Below the pieces are notes generated by a model, which was given only the letters and a program-made list of their open reading frames with translations, made no database searches and was not told the origin of the DNA. Shown piece by piece: positions 37,201-48,203 of a stretch of DNA of 64,000 bases. The DNA is from Flaccisagitta enflata (lineage: Eukaryota). The stretch spans positions 9,672,001 to 9,736,000 of the forward strand of contig OZ231126.1 in assembly GCA_965153355.1 (NCBI GenBank). The letters are read 5' to 3'. Each line of letters starts with the position of its first letter. The stretch's first letter is position 1. A program made the position numbers and the translations under genes.

Positions 37201-40200
37201 AGTAGGCAGCCTCTTGCGCTCCAGTTTCAACATAATCTATGAATCTATTAGCTATGTGTCTAACTGATGCTTTATGATTCATTTGTTTGAATGCCGCCTC
37301 TTTACTTGCCACACGTAATGTTTCAGAGAGCCCACGTTCCCCTTTAGTTACATAGTCAAGAATGTATGCAGCAGCAGCATAGCCATTTACGACATATTGA
37401 CAATCCATATTAGCCTTCCACACAGCAAGACATTGGGGATTGTAAGAATTGATCCATCTCTGATCTAAAGTTCTTTTCAAAAATACAGTATCAACATGTA
37501 TAGAACTTCTTATGGCATTGATATAATCAATATATGACATGTCTAGATACTTTATGAAATCCAACATGGATTGCATTTTATGATTTTGAGGTTGTTCAGA
37601 CCAATTGTTCAAGGTCTCTTCAATCTTTTTGAAATTAGTCTTGTGTCTGCTCATTTCTTGTAGTTGGGAACTTGTAAGAGGTTTCTCTTTTGTTCCTTTT
37701 TCAAATGGGAGTAAAATTGTAGTTTTGTCCATGGGTGGTTTGGGAAAATTAAAACGACAAACTTTACCTTTTTGGGGGCAAGTGCGAGTGTGTCTGTGAG
37801 TCTGACGAGCTATCAATTGTTTCCGTTCGTCAATGCTTAAGAAAGAAATGTTGTTCAAATCATCAGAGCAAGTGACAAATTTATCTACATAGGCAGAAAC
37901 TTGCTCCTCTGAATCTAAACCCAAGACAGGCGCATCTTTCATCCAAAGAAGACAGTGAAGATGGGGTGATCCACGATTTTGGAATTCAACCCGATAGAAA
38001 AATTCTTTCATTTCACCCAAAGGACCCTGGGGTGAACCAAGAAATTCTGAAAATAAAACACGAGTGCGATGATTAAAGTGCCTAGCACATGTTACTGGAT
38101 CAGCCAAGATCAACCTCTTTTTCTCCTTTGCGTCCATATTTTCAATTTCTGCATCAGTATATTCCTTCTTGTCAATCAAACGTCCCAAATTACGTAGCAA
38201 ATCAGTCCATTGATTTTCAGCTGCAGTAAAAGTACAAAAGAAAGTGGGTTTACCATGAAAACGCATCATGGCAAACAAGTTTTTCTTTATCTTTTCAAAG
38301 TAAGCTGGACTACCCCTAACAGATTTTAGGAATTTGTAGCCCTCATTGTGGTGTAAAATATTTTCTTTATTCAGTTTTAAGTCCTTTGCAGTGTAAGTAG
38401 ACCCATCTTTTTTCACTACTTTTCTTAGAGAAACCATTTCAAGATCAGCCAATAATTTGATCATAGATTTTCGGGTCTTAAAAAATAAATTTTCATGGTG
38501 TCTTGCAAATCTTCTATTCTTATGACGAAGTTCCCACTTACAAATTTTATGATAACTAACAGGTATTTTTGTCTTAGAACGAGGTTTCCCTCCAAAAAGA
38601 CTACAATAAGTCATTTCTTCAGCATGCTTATCCATGAATGGATTTCTTGGTTTTTGATTTTCACTTGGAGCAACAGACAGGATATTATCCCATTTTTCTG
38701 CTCTCTTATTCTTTTTTGAGATACAGCATTTTTCACTTCTAAATCAGATACTAATTCTCTATTTGTTAGCATAGTGGTGAATAAGCCATCAGGGGATGGT
38801 TCCTCCTCACTTGCATGTTCTTCATCATCATCAAAATATGAACTAAAATCGAATAATTTACCCAACCAAGGAAATTTTTTGTTTGCCTTTTCCACCGGTT
38901 TGTCAGTTAAATTATATGCAAACAATAAATCCCTCGTAGTAGCATCAGGCTTTATTGATTGCATTCTCTCGCGCATTTTTTCTGGCTTGAAGCGAACATG
39001 ACATGGGTCACCATTCATTGCAACAACCTGAAAAGTTGCTAAAGCAAAAAGGGCATGATTAAAATAGGGCTGTGAAGTTTGAGGACAACAAACTTTTATT
39101 TTAGGCAGACCCTTATACAGTTTGTTAAGTTGTGCATTTAATTCCCTAACCATTTCTTGCAAATGGCCAGGGAAATGGTTAGAGTCATAAACCACAATAC
39201 ATCTCTCATTTTCGAAAAAATGATGAGAGACAACATAATGACGCGTTTTTGGTAAGTAATGCAACAGAACAGTTTTTTCTGAACTTTCAGGAGGCACAAA
39301 ATCAGGAAACCAATCATCTAGATTGGCGCCTGCACCTAATTGGGCCAAACTGAGAGGTGACAAAAAATGATCAGTTTCAATACTGTCTACAAACATATTT
39401 TTCATCATCAAGTCAACATACTTTTCAACATACTCTACTTCAATGTGTCCTTTTGATTCTATCATACCAAAGGATACAGTTGATGAGTCCTCCTTAAGCC
39501 TTTGAAATTTATCTATTTCATCATTAGAAGGCAAAACTGGCGCAGTTGCCGCTTGTGGACATTCTGAATTAGTCTCTTTATATGATGAAGTAAAGGTTGA
39601 AAAACCCAAGTCATCAAGGCATTCAGTGGTTTCCATCTCAATGTCAGAACCAGAGCTTTCAGAGTCAACAGTCAAAGCTTCTATGCCATCATCTTCAAGT
39701 TCATCTTTAACATCAACAACTTCAAAAGTGTTTTGTTTAACTTTTTTTTCTTCAAGATTAGACGGAGTATCACTAAATGCCTCAGTAAATTTTGGCACAG
39801 AATTGTCAGAACTGTCATTAGATTCATCAAGGTCAATAATGGAAGTCGATATTACATGATCAGTTTCATCATCACTGTCAAGGTTAATTATTTTCAAAAT
39901 AGCAAAATTGCACACCTTCAACTCCTCAAGAGAAAACTCTAAAAGGGCATCATTGATACGAAATCTAGTGCCATGCACCTCCAATTCATAATCTCCACAA
40001 ATGTCAAAATCAAACTTCACACTATCTGGGTCAAGTCCCAAGAGAAAATCCCCAATAGTTAGACTGTTAACAGTACCTTCCAAAGAAAAGACTCTACTCA
40101 AATTTTTAGAGTCCAAAAAACAAAGATCGATGCTATTGTTTATTTCTTTTGATTTTAAGAAGCAGACTGACCCATCATTTATTCCAGCAATATCAGACAA

Positions 40201-43200
40201 TGATTGTTGATCATCCGTCAAATTGATCACACAAGAACCACCACAAAGAAAAGTTGGATTTTTAAGGTCAGATATATGGAGGGCTTCAAGTTTATCTCTT
40301 ATCAATTTAGTTGACGCACCAACAGGCACTTGCAAACAAACAGCAGATTTTTCATTGCCAGGGTAAACGCAAATGTTCAAATTTCTAGGTTGCCCACCAT
40401 TTTGCAGGCTTCTTGGGATTATGTATTGATGGCAATCAATTAAAGAAAAATTATCAATTCCCAATTCAGCCAAAGTTAACAAGTCATCCAAGGATTGCAC
40501 ATGGTCAGCGGTACCCGATGCCCTGCTTGGAGTATAGCTGAAGAGAGTAGAGCAGCGCCCCAGGGCCGATGTCCTGTAGGAACAGTGGTGAACCATTACA
40601 TCCGCTCCTGACAAGGTTGATGGCCTTGAATTGATAATAAACCAACAAGAAGTTGGATTTTTGGGCTGATTTGGGCTTGAGAATTTACAATTTGTTGGGC
40701 CCAGAGGCATTGCCTCAAAGAGGCTGATTTTTTTGAGTGGGTGGGCTTGGAGAGGCTAGGGGCCCACCTTTGAGGCCTCTTGGGACACGTATTGATGGCA
40801 CAATGTAAAGAGGACATCGTCCCTTTGGGGCCGCTGCCCAAAAAGGACTTATCATAAGGAATTGGGTTTTGATCATTTATTTTGTAAAATTGACATGCCT
40901 CCATGCTTGGTATGAACAAACATGGAGAAAAATCACTGAAACTCTTCATAACATTTGCTAGAGCTTCATAGATATCGTAGATGGTAATCTCATCTGGCTC
41001 GCCATCAACAAATACTTGATGACCAGATAGAGGGAGACGCAGCCAAAAGCAACTCTGCTCAAGTTGGTAACTGTGAACAAGATGTACAACGCTACCATCT
41101 AGAATTCCCAAATCCTTAATAGGTTTCTGAGGGGAATGAACAAACAGTTTAATTGCAAGATTAGCATTTCTCAGATAAAAATCATTATTAAACTCATGAG
41201 GTTGAAAAACAGACCTCACCATTTCAACAAGAGAACCTACCGAATCATGAATATTGATGTAGTTAAAGTGAACCCATCTATCAGCATAGCATATTGAAAA
41301 AGACATGGTCTCATCCTTTGCGACCTGCTCCTCTTCTGGAATAGGTTTTGAATAATGGGGCCCAACATTATCATTATTTTCTTGTATAAATTCTTCAGTC
41401 AAATCAGTTTGAAATTGAGAAGGGTCCCAATTTTCATCAAATGTGATTCCCAAATTTTTATATAAGGGTGTGCATGCCAAAGCCTTGGCTGCCTTTGCGA
41501 CTAAATCAGGTCTTATGGTGCTAGATATGTGGGCTTTTTTGTCAGATAGCCTTCGTTTCAGATCCAGACGAATAACCTGGGCCAAACTTTCGTTACAAGG
41601 GACAGTCATTTTAGATCTCAGTGCATGAATCGATTGTTGAGGGTTAGCAGGAACCAAAACCAAATTACCTCTTACATACTTCTCGCCACTAACAGGTTTG
41701 GGATGCATCCAAATAAAGACTTGTCTAGGAGCCAACAAACGCAGTTCTAAATCATTCAATCCTTTCAATTCATCAGGAATATCATTCATGCGCAAATCAT
41801 TCAATGGTGAAAGTGGAGGAATTTTGGCAAAATCATTTTTTGCATTCTTTTTATTCAGATAACTGTAACAAGTATTACAAATGAACTTCATCCCATGCAA
41901 TCGCCGTCTTGCCCCAGAGTAAGGGTAAAACAATTGCTCACAAATTTTGCAATCTAACAAACCCATGTGAAATTTCTTATTAATCAATTTATACATCACA
42001 TTAAAAGTTCTAGAAGCAAAATTACGTTTCTTAGCATATGTTGTTGGATTAGCAAAATATTTCCTTGCATTTCTTGCAAGCTGACGTGCCTGATTTTTTC
42101 TAGCCAATTCATTCTTATAGTATTCTTGATCTTTCCTTTTTTCAGCTTTTTTAGTTCTTTCAACTTCTCTCACATTAGGATCCAACCTTTTCATTTTTTT
42201 TGCCTCTTTTTCTTTAATAAGAAAACTTTCATCTTTTCTTTTTGCTCTCTTTGCTTCTTTTTCTTGAATAAGAAAACTTTCATCTTTTCTTTTTGCTCTC
42301 TTTGCTTCTTTTTCTTGGTTGAGATATTTTTGATCTTTTCTTTTTTCTCTCTTTGCTTCTTTTTCTTGAATAAGAAAACTTTCATCTTTTCTTTTTGCTC
42401 TCTTTGCTTCTTTTTCTTGGTTGAGATATTTTTCATCTTTTCTTTTTTCTCTCTTTGCTTCTTTTTCTTGGTTAAGAAAACTTTTTTCTTTTCTTTTTTC
42501 TCTCATTGCTATGATTTCTTTTTTCAAGTAAGTTTTATCTTTTCTTTTTTCTCGTTTTGCTTCTTTTTCTTGGTTAAGAAAACTTTTTTCTTTCCTTTTA
42601 TTTCTCATTGCTGTCAAATTTTTAAGCCTTTTTCTAAGAGACAAACTAAGCTTGATGTGTGATTTTTGATGCAAAACCAAAAAATTCAATCTGGCAAATT
42701 CCTGACCACAAGTGGTACACTTCCAAATGGATGCTTTTTTAGGGGGAGGTGGAGTTTCTTTTACAGTCTTTTCTTTAACACTTGGCTTTGAATGGACCAT
42801 ATTCTTATGGCGAGTCAAATATCGCTGATTTTTGAAATCTTTTTTGCAAATTTCGCAAGTCTTATTGTTATGAGATCGCTTATGATTTGTCAATGCTACT
42901 TTAGTGTCAGCTACAAACAAACAATTGGGAAAATCACATTTCAGATTATTTTCCTTAAACACTTTATCTTTTTTTGATTGATCAAGCAAATATTTATCCA
43001 TCAGTGAAGATTCCAAAAAAGTTACTAATTCAGGGTGCTTTTTTGAATTGTGCGCATGCAACTCGCGTTTAGATGGGAAGCAGAGATGGCACTTTTCACA
43101 TAAATGCTTCTCCTTCGCACCACCTCTAAGACCTAGAGAATGAATAAATATGACACCATTATGTGAGATAGGATAATCATGCAGGCGAGATTTTGAAAAA

Positions 43201-44729
43201 AGTGGTTTGCTTTTGTGAGTCAAAAAAAAATCTTTTAACTCAAATTGATCAACCAAAAATTGTGTCAGATTCTCTACACTGGCACATTTTCCAATATGCA
43301 AACTAGATCTTTCAAGAGAAAAGGAATCACTCTTCAAGAAAACCTGTATAACTTTTCCACACAGATGAGGAATGTTTGGTTCAGAACTCAAGTTCATATA
43401 ATTGCAAAACGCACACTCAAGATGCCTCTGTAATCGTTTCCCCTTGAACAAAGGCCTCTGGGAAAATTCATGGACCTCCTCATCACAACAATGAGCAACA
43501 CTTTCTGAATTGATATTTCCTGAGCCATAGAGACCAAAGCCCTCAACACCAAAGGAAAAATTATCACCTTTGATGTCAACAGATGATGGCTCCTTTGATT
43601 TACCTTGATTTACCTTGCTAGGGTTGGTTGAAGATACCTGTGGGACAGAAGCCCGAAAGAGACGTTCATAAGGTGGAACATCAATACCACGCTCCTTGCG
43701 CTTCTTCTCTTTCTCTTGCTTCTCTCGTTCTTGCTGAGGGCTTCTGCCAATACCTCCCGTTTTCTTGGGTCTTGGTGATTTTGACCGTGGTTGCGGCAAG
43801 TGGTTGGGCTGAGAAAAACAAAAATTGGGATCGAGATCAGCAGAGGGCCACAACCATTCATTCTTCTTTTTTGTACGTGGCTTCTTCTTCCGAATAAGGC
43901 AGTACTGTTTTACTTTTGCCTCAGACTTGGGAACAGATTGAGCCTTTGCCTTCAAAGGGCCCCTGAATGAAATATCCTGTGAAAGAACGCAATTGTGAAT
44001 AAAGAGATTATTGTTTTGGACAGTCTTCATCCTTGGTTTGACTGTTGGAACAGGAACCTGTGGCTGAAAAGAAAAAGAGCCAGAACTTTTGGGTAAGGGG
44101 GGGAAATCAGAAAGATTGAGAGAAAATGAAGGTCGAGAATTAATGATAAAGTTAACCATTTCTACCTTCCCCTCGTCAGACAAGTGCAAACCATCATCCC
44201 AAAGCAATGATGACCAAATGTGGTCTGATGGTGAGATAACATGACGCACCTTGTTCCCATGGCATGGACAAACTGAAAGGCAGCACTGATAAAGAGAAAT
44301 GGCTTCATTAGTTTTGTCAATCCAGTCTTTATCTTTCATGGTCGAAAAGTGTTCATAGTCACGCTTGGATACTTCTCTGTGAGGAACTGGGGCAAGCACG
44401 ACATTGGCATCAGGATGGCGAGTAGAAAAAAGGTGAAGGTTTGTTCGAGCCACTTTTGCAATTTCCTTCGCTATCATAATAGGGGTGGTTTCTCTGGAGC
44501 GATTAAAATCATTTGCACCAGCCACAACAAATACAAAGTCATAAGATTTCTCATCCATATGAGCATCACCTCTTCCTCCAACACCAAGCAAATCTTCAAT
44601 CGTTTCACCACCATGAGATTCCACATCAAGTGACTTAAGCTTAAATTCTTTAATTAATGCTTTTTTAGCCTCATCTGGAGTTTCTCTCATGAGACTATCT
44701 GAAAGAATTAATCCATCCATCGCAACCAT
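34256..44729 (-). pseudogene. Helentron Rep/Helicase/Endonuclease polyprotein (~3,370 aa reconstructed), broken by one insertion and one frameshift
   Basis: Rep: FFCTFTA, RVEFQNRGSPHLHCLLW, YILDYVTK. PIF1 helicase: GGAGVGKT, ICDEISMV, GDVFQLLPV, QFPL, YVAFSR. EEP: GDFN, LDHIYTN, SDHLP. N-terminal SGNH, Ubl, C2H2, DUF6570-like and Ulp1-like regions. Confidence 0.9.
40480..40844 (-). mobile_element. 365-bp HINE-like element (family A) inserted in the Helentron ORF
   Basis: Matches the repeat starting near 8069 (caagtcatccaaggattgcacatggtcagcggtacccgatgccc). Removal restores the frame YDKS|LTLAELGI. Confidence 0.9.
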
Positions 44730-45063
44730 AAATCATACAAACTTGGTAATGGAAACACTTGACCTGATATTGGATTTGACTGGAGATGAGATTTGAGTAA
44801 GCACTATCAATGAGGCACCAGCGATCAGCGTCCAGATCCTGAAACCAGGTCATATAAATAAATAAATAAATAAATAAATAAAAGGAAATAGAATCATTAT
44901 GTGAGTGATGCATGAAACCACAAGATATTACCTGATTACCATGTAACAGTAAATAGCTATATTAAAAGTTATTCAGAGAAGCTGATTGTCTGCACATTCT
45001 TTACCAATGAATGTGTTGATATATACACCTACCTGGCCACCAGCAAATGAAAGAGAAGGCAAA

Positions 45064-45422
45064 GGATGAACAAAGCAAGGACGACGGGATCCAGATCCTG
45101 AGAGAAGGTGAAAGCGCGTTTCAATGAAATGAAAGATTAAATACCATAATGTCAACTTAATTGAAAACCAGTTAATGAAAGAAATGAATTGTGATTCACA
45201 CCTACCAGGGCCAACAGCAACAAAAGAAGGGATGATGGAAGATGGAGGATGAAGGGGAAGGCAATGGATGAACAAAGCAAGGATGACGGAATCCAGATCC
45301 TGAGAGAAGGTGAAAGCGCATTTAAATGAAATGAAAGATAAGATACCATAATGTCAACTTAATTCAAAATCAGTTAATGAAAGAAATGAATTGTGATTCA
45401 CACCTACCAGGGCCAACAGCAA
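45064..45422. repeat. ~200-bp tandem duplication upstream of the Helentron ORF
   Basis: ggatgaacaaagcaagga...cacctaccagggccaacagcaa occurs twice. Confidence 0.8.
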
Positions 45423-45974
45423 GGGGAGAATGCAGGATGGAGGGGAGGATGACGAGATGAAGGATGCCACACGAGAAGAACAACGACGACGATTCAATGA
45501 AACAAAGTTTCTCTGAGAAGCTTTTTCTATCTAGCGAACTGAGATAAAATTGTTATGGTGAGAGAAAACAAGGCTATTGATCATTAATCAAAGAATCGAC
45601 AAAATAGCTAGAAAAACAAAAGGAATAATGAATATTGGAGACTGAAAAGAATTTTTTGGCATCAAGAGTCAGCACAACAGCTAAAAAATCAACCTAAAAA
45701 AATAGGAATGTGAATAAAACATAATTAACTAGAAATACTTCATTCTAGGTAAAGAAAAAAAAAGAAACGTTAAAATTCCAGGTTGGCTACGATGATAAAT
45801 TTAATAAATTAGATCACACATATACAACTCTTTATGGTTCACAATTCATAGTTTACAGTTCATAGACAAACTACAGAAGCTTCATGCTAAGATTGTAAGG
45901 TAGTAATGTACAGTAAAAGTAATTGGCCAGTTTGCTAAAGCCGCTTACAAATGTTCAGTTGTTCCATCTGTAGT

Positions 45975-46700
45975 TTTCACACCAAGTTTCAGGCTAATTG
46001 GTTGAAAAATAGCCAAGTTATCCTCATTTTCTCTTTTAGGCGGGTTGGTTGGGTAGCTGATTAGTTTGGTTAGTTGGCATGCTCAAATGCTAATAACTCA
46101 AAAACAAGTGTGAATTTCTTCAACTTTAAGCCTCCATACCAAGTTTCAAGCAAATTGTTTGAAAAATAGCAGAGTTATGCAAGTTTTTCACTTTTAGATG
46201 GTTTGGTCGGTTTGGTCGGTTTGGTGGTTGGCTGGTTTAGCCAGTTAACATGCTCAAATGCACATAAATCACATACATGTGCCACGTCCTTCCATTTTGA
46301 GTCTCTATACCAAGTTATAAATTAATTGGTTAAAAAAAAGCAGTGTTTTTCCGTTTTCTACTTTAAGGCTAGTAGGCTGGTTGGGTGGTAGGCTGGTTTA
46401 ACAGGATAAATAGTTTGCATATGTTGAGTTCTTCCATTTAGAGACTCCATACCAAGTTTCAACCAAATCAGTTGAAAAATGACAAAGTTATGCAAGTTTT
46501 TTACTTTTAGGCTGGTTGGCTGGTTGGGTGGTAGGTCAGTTTGGCCGGTTAGCATGCTCAAATGCATATAAATCATATACATATGTTGAGTCCTTCCATT
46601 TAGAGACTCCATACCAAATTTCAGCCAAATTGGTTGAAAAATGCCAAAGTTATGCACGTTTTTCACTTTTAGGCCGGTAGGCTGGCTTTGGCTGGGTTGG
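45975..46700. repeat. Diverged ~150-170-bp tandem units in the Helentron 5' region
   Basis: Recurring ccataccaagtttca...gttgaaaaat...agttatgca...cacttttagg. Confidence 0.75.
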
Positions 46701-47032
46701 ATCGGATCAAAAGCGCCTATAGTACACAACCCAGCCAAATAAACAAAAAAGCAAAAAGTCCATTTTCAAAATGAACACGACAACGACGACGACGACGACG
46801 ACGACACCCACCCGCCTTAAATTATAGTCCGCGTCGGAATGATATTCCGTCGCGGACAAAAAAGGTTGAGATGAAGATCCTTCAAGCGGGTCATTCTGGG
46901 CAAGATAACCTTGAACGCGGCCCAGTCCTTGGTAGTTTCCAACCCCAAAAACATGGAGGTGATTTTCTGCCACCAGCTTGGCTGAGATAGAAGTCGAGCT
47001 GATAGGCAACCAGGCATTAGGTTGTACACATT

Positions 47033-47445
47033 CTGGAAATCAAAAATTTAAGTCATTTGAAAAATGCCAGAGCTAACCAGCTGGACTTAACTAGCTTTTT
47101 TGTTGCGTGCTACTCGACTCTATAAGCAAATTGAGTTATTGAATAAATCTAAACTTTTTGTCAAAGGATATGCTGCCACGATAATTCTACAAATGAATTT
47201 TCTGTTCAGATGTAAGCTATGGGAGATGAAATCCTCCATATCTGACTAGAGGGTGGGCCTAGGCATCTCACAAGCATAATGTTGGCCCCCTCATTATCTT
47301 GTCATATTCTTTAATGAGTATTGCTATGAAAAAATATTTTTGAAAAAGTCCAGCGTTAGGCAATTTAACAGGATTCTATCTATGTAATCTAATTAAAAAA
47401 GCTGGCTAAGATTGGCATTTTTCAAAAATTTGAGCTTTCAACAAC
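47033..47445 (-). other. GT-AG intron with subterminal inverted repeats, specific to paralog B
   Basis: CAG|GTTGTT...TTCCAG|AAT, phase 0 on both sides. Inverted repeats ttgaaaaatgcca..ccagct and agctgg..tggcatttttcaa. Confidence 0.7.
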
Positions 47446-47598
47446 CTGTGTAGTGTTTAGGCCATTTTCATCGCTGCTATGGGCCGGAGCAAGGGGGAGA
47501 CTCTCTAGGTCCCTGCAGTGCTGATCTAAAAACTTGAGGAGTCGCGAAAGTTCAGACTCCTCATGCTTATGTTCATGATTAGGATCATCTTGTTCATA

Positions 47599-48203
47599 AC
47601 CATGCCAAAGAAAAAAATTGCACACTTACCTTTAAATGCATACCAAATCGCTCTCTGTATAGTAAACTGTAAAAAATTGGTGACCGTTAGAAAGATATTC
47701 AAAAATTCTTCAAAACTAGACCAAGCAGAATGCTGTAACTTTTTTTGTTTTAAAATGACAACTAAATGAAGTTAATAACTCCATTTCCCTCAAAACCAAT
47801 CAATCAACCATAAGAATTTTCCTCTTTTTCCTATGTATTAACGTAAATACTGACCTAAATTTAAAAAAATTTATGAGGGAAAAAAAATTTAGAAAATTTT
47901 CTTCAAAATGGCGCCAAGCAGAAATTTGTAACTTAAACCGTTTAGAAGTTATGATTAAATGAAAGAGAAAGGTACAGTTCTAAGGGATGTGTGAAAACGC
48001 TCTTTCTGGCAGTAAGCAGAAGTGACAAATTTACTTCATATCATTGTAATTTTTAAAGTTTTTGAGCTACAACGCTCTGACACCACTCAATTGATAGATT
48101 TTTTGAAGCTCTTTAAAATGCTCACTGATTTTTTATAGTTTCACCTCCTATGAACGAACCAAGAGTCCTCAAAAAGTTGTGCAATTTTTTTTTTTGGCAT
48201 GGT
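47599..48203. mobile_element. TA-flanked MITE in paralog B coding sequence
   Basis: TIRs accatgccaaa..aaattgcac / gtgcaattt..ttggcatggt with TA on both sides. Removal makes paralog B exactly collinear with A. Confidence 0.8.

Larger units (their letters stand above)
32134..46863 (-). mobile_element. Full-length Helentron (endonuclease-bearing Helitron), ~14.7 kb
   Basis: 14-bp subterminal inverted repeats gtccgcgacggaat (32156-32169) and attccgtcgcggac (46844-46857), a hairpin at 46827-46857, T-runs at both ends on the minus strand, and a Rep-helicase-endonuclease ORF. The host exon rejoins across it. Confidence 0.9.

Noticed and set aside
38700-38725. Programmed frameshift in the Helentron ORF
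   Set aside because: The A-run is not phased as an X XXY YYZ heptamer; a 1-nt homopolymer deletion or sequencing error is simpler.
34256-44729. Endogenous virus or Polinton interpretation of the large ORFs
   Set aside because: No capsid, polB or DDE integrase; HUH Rep plus PIF1 plus EEP and the termini identify a Helentron.
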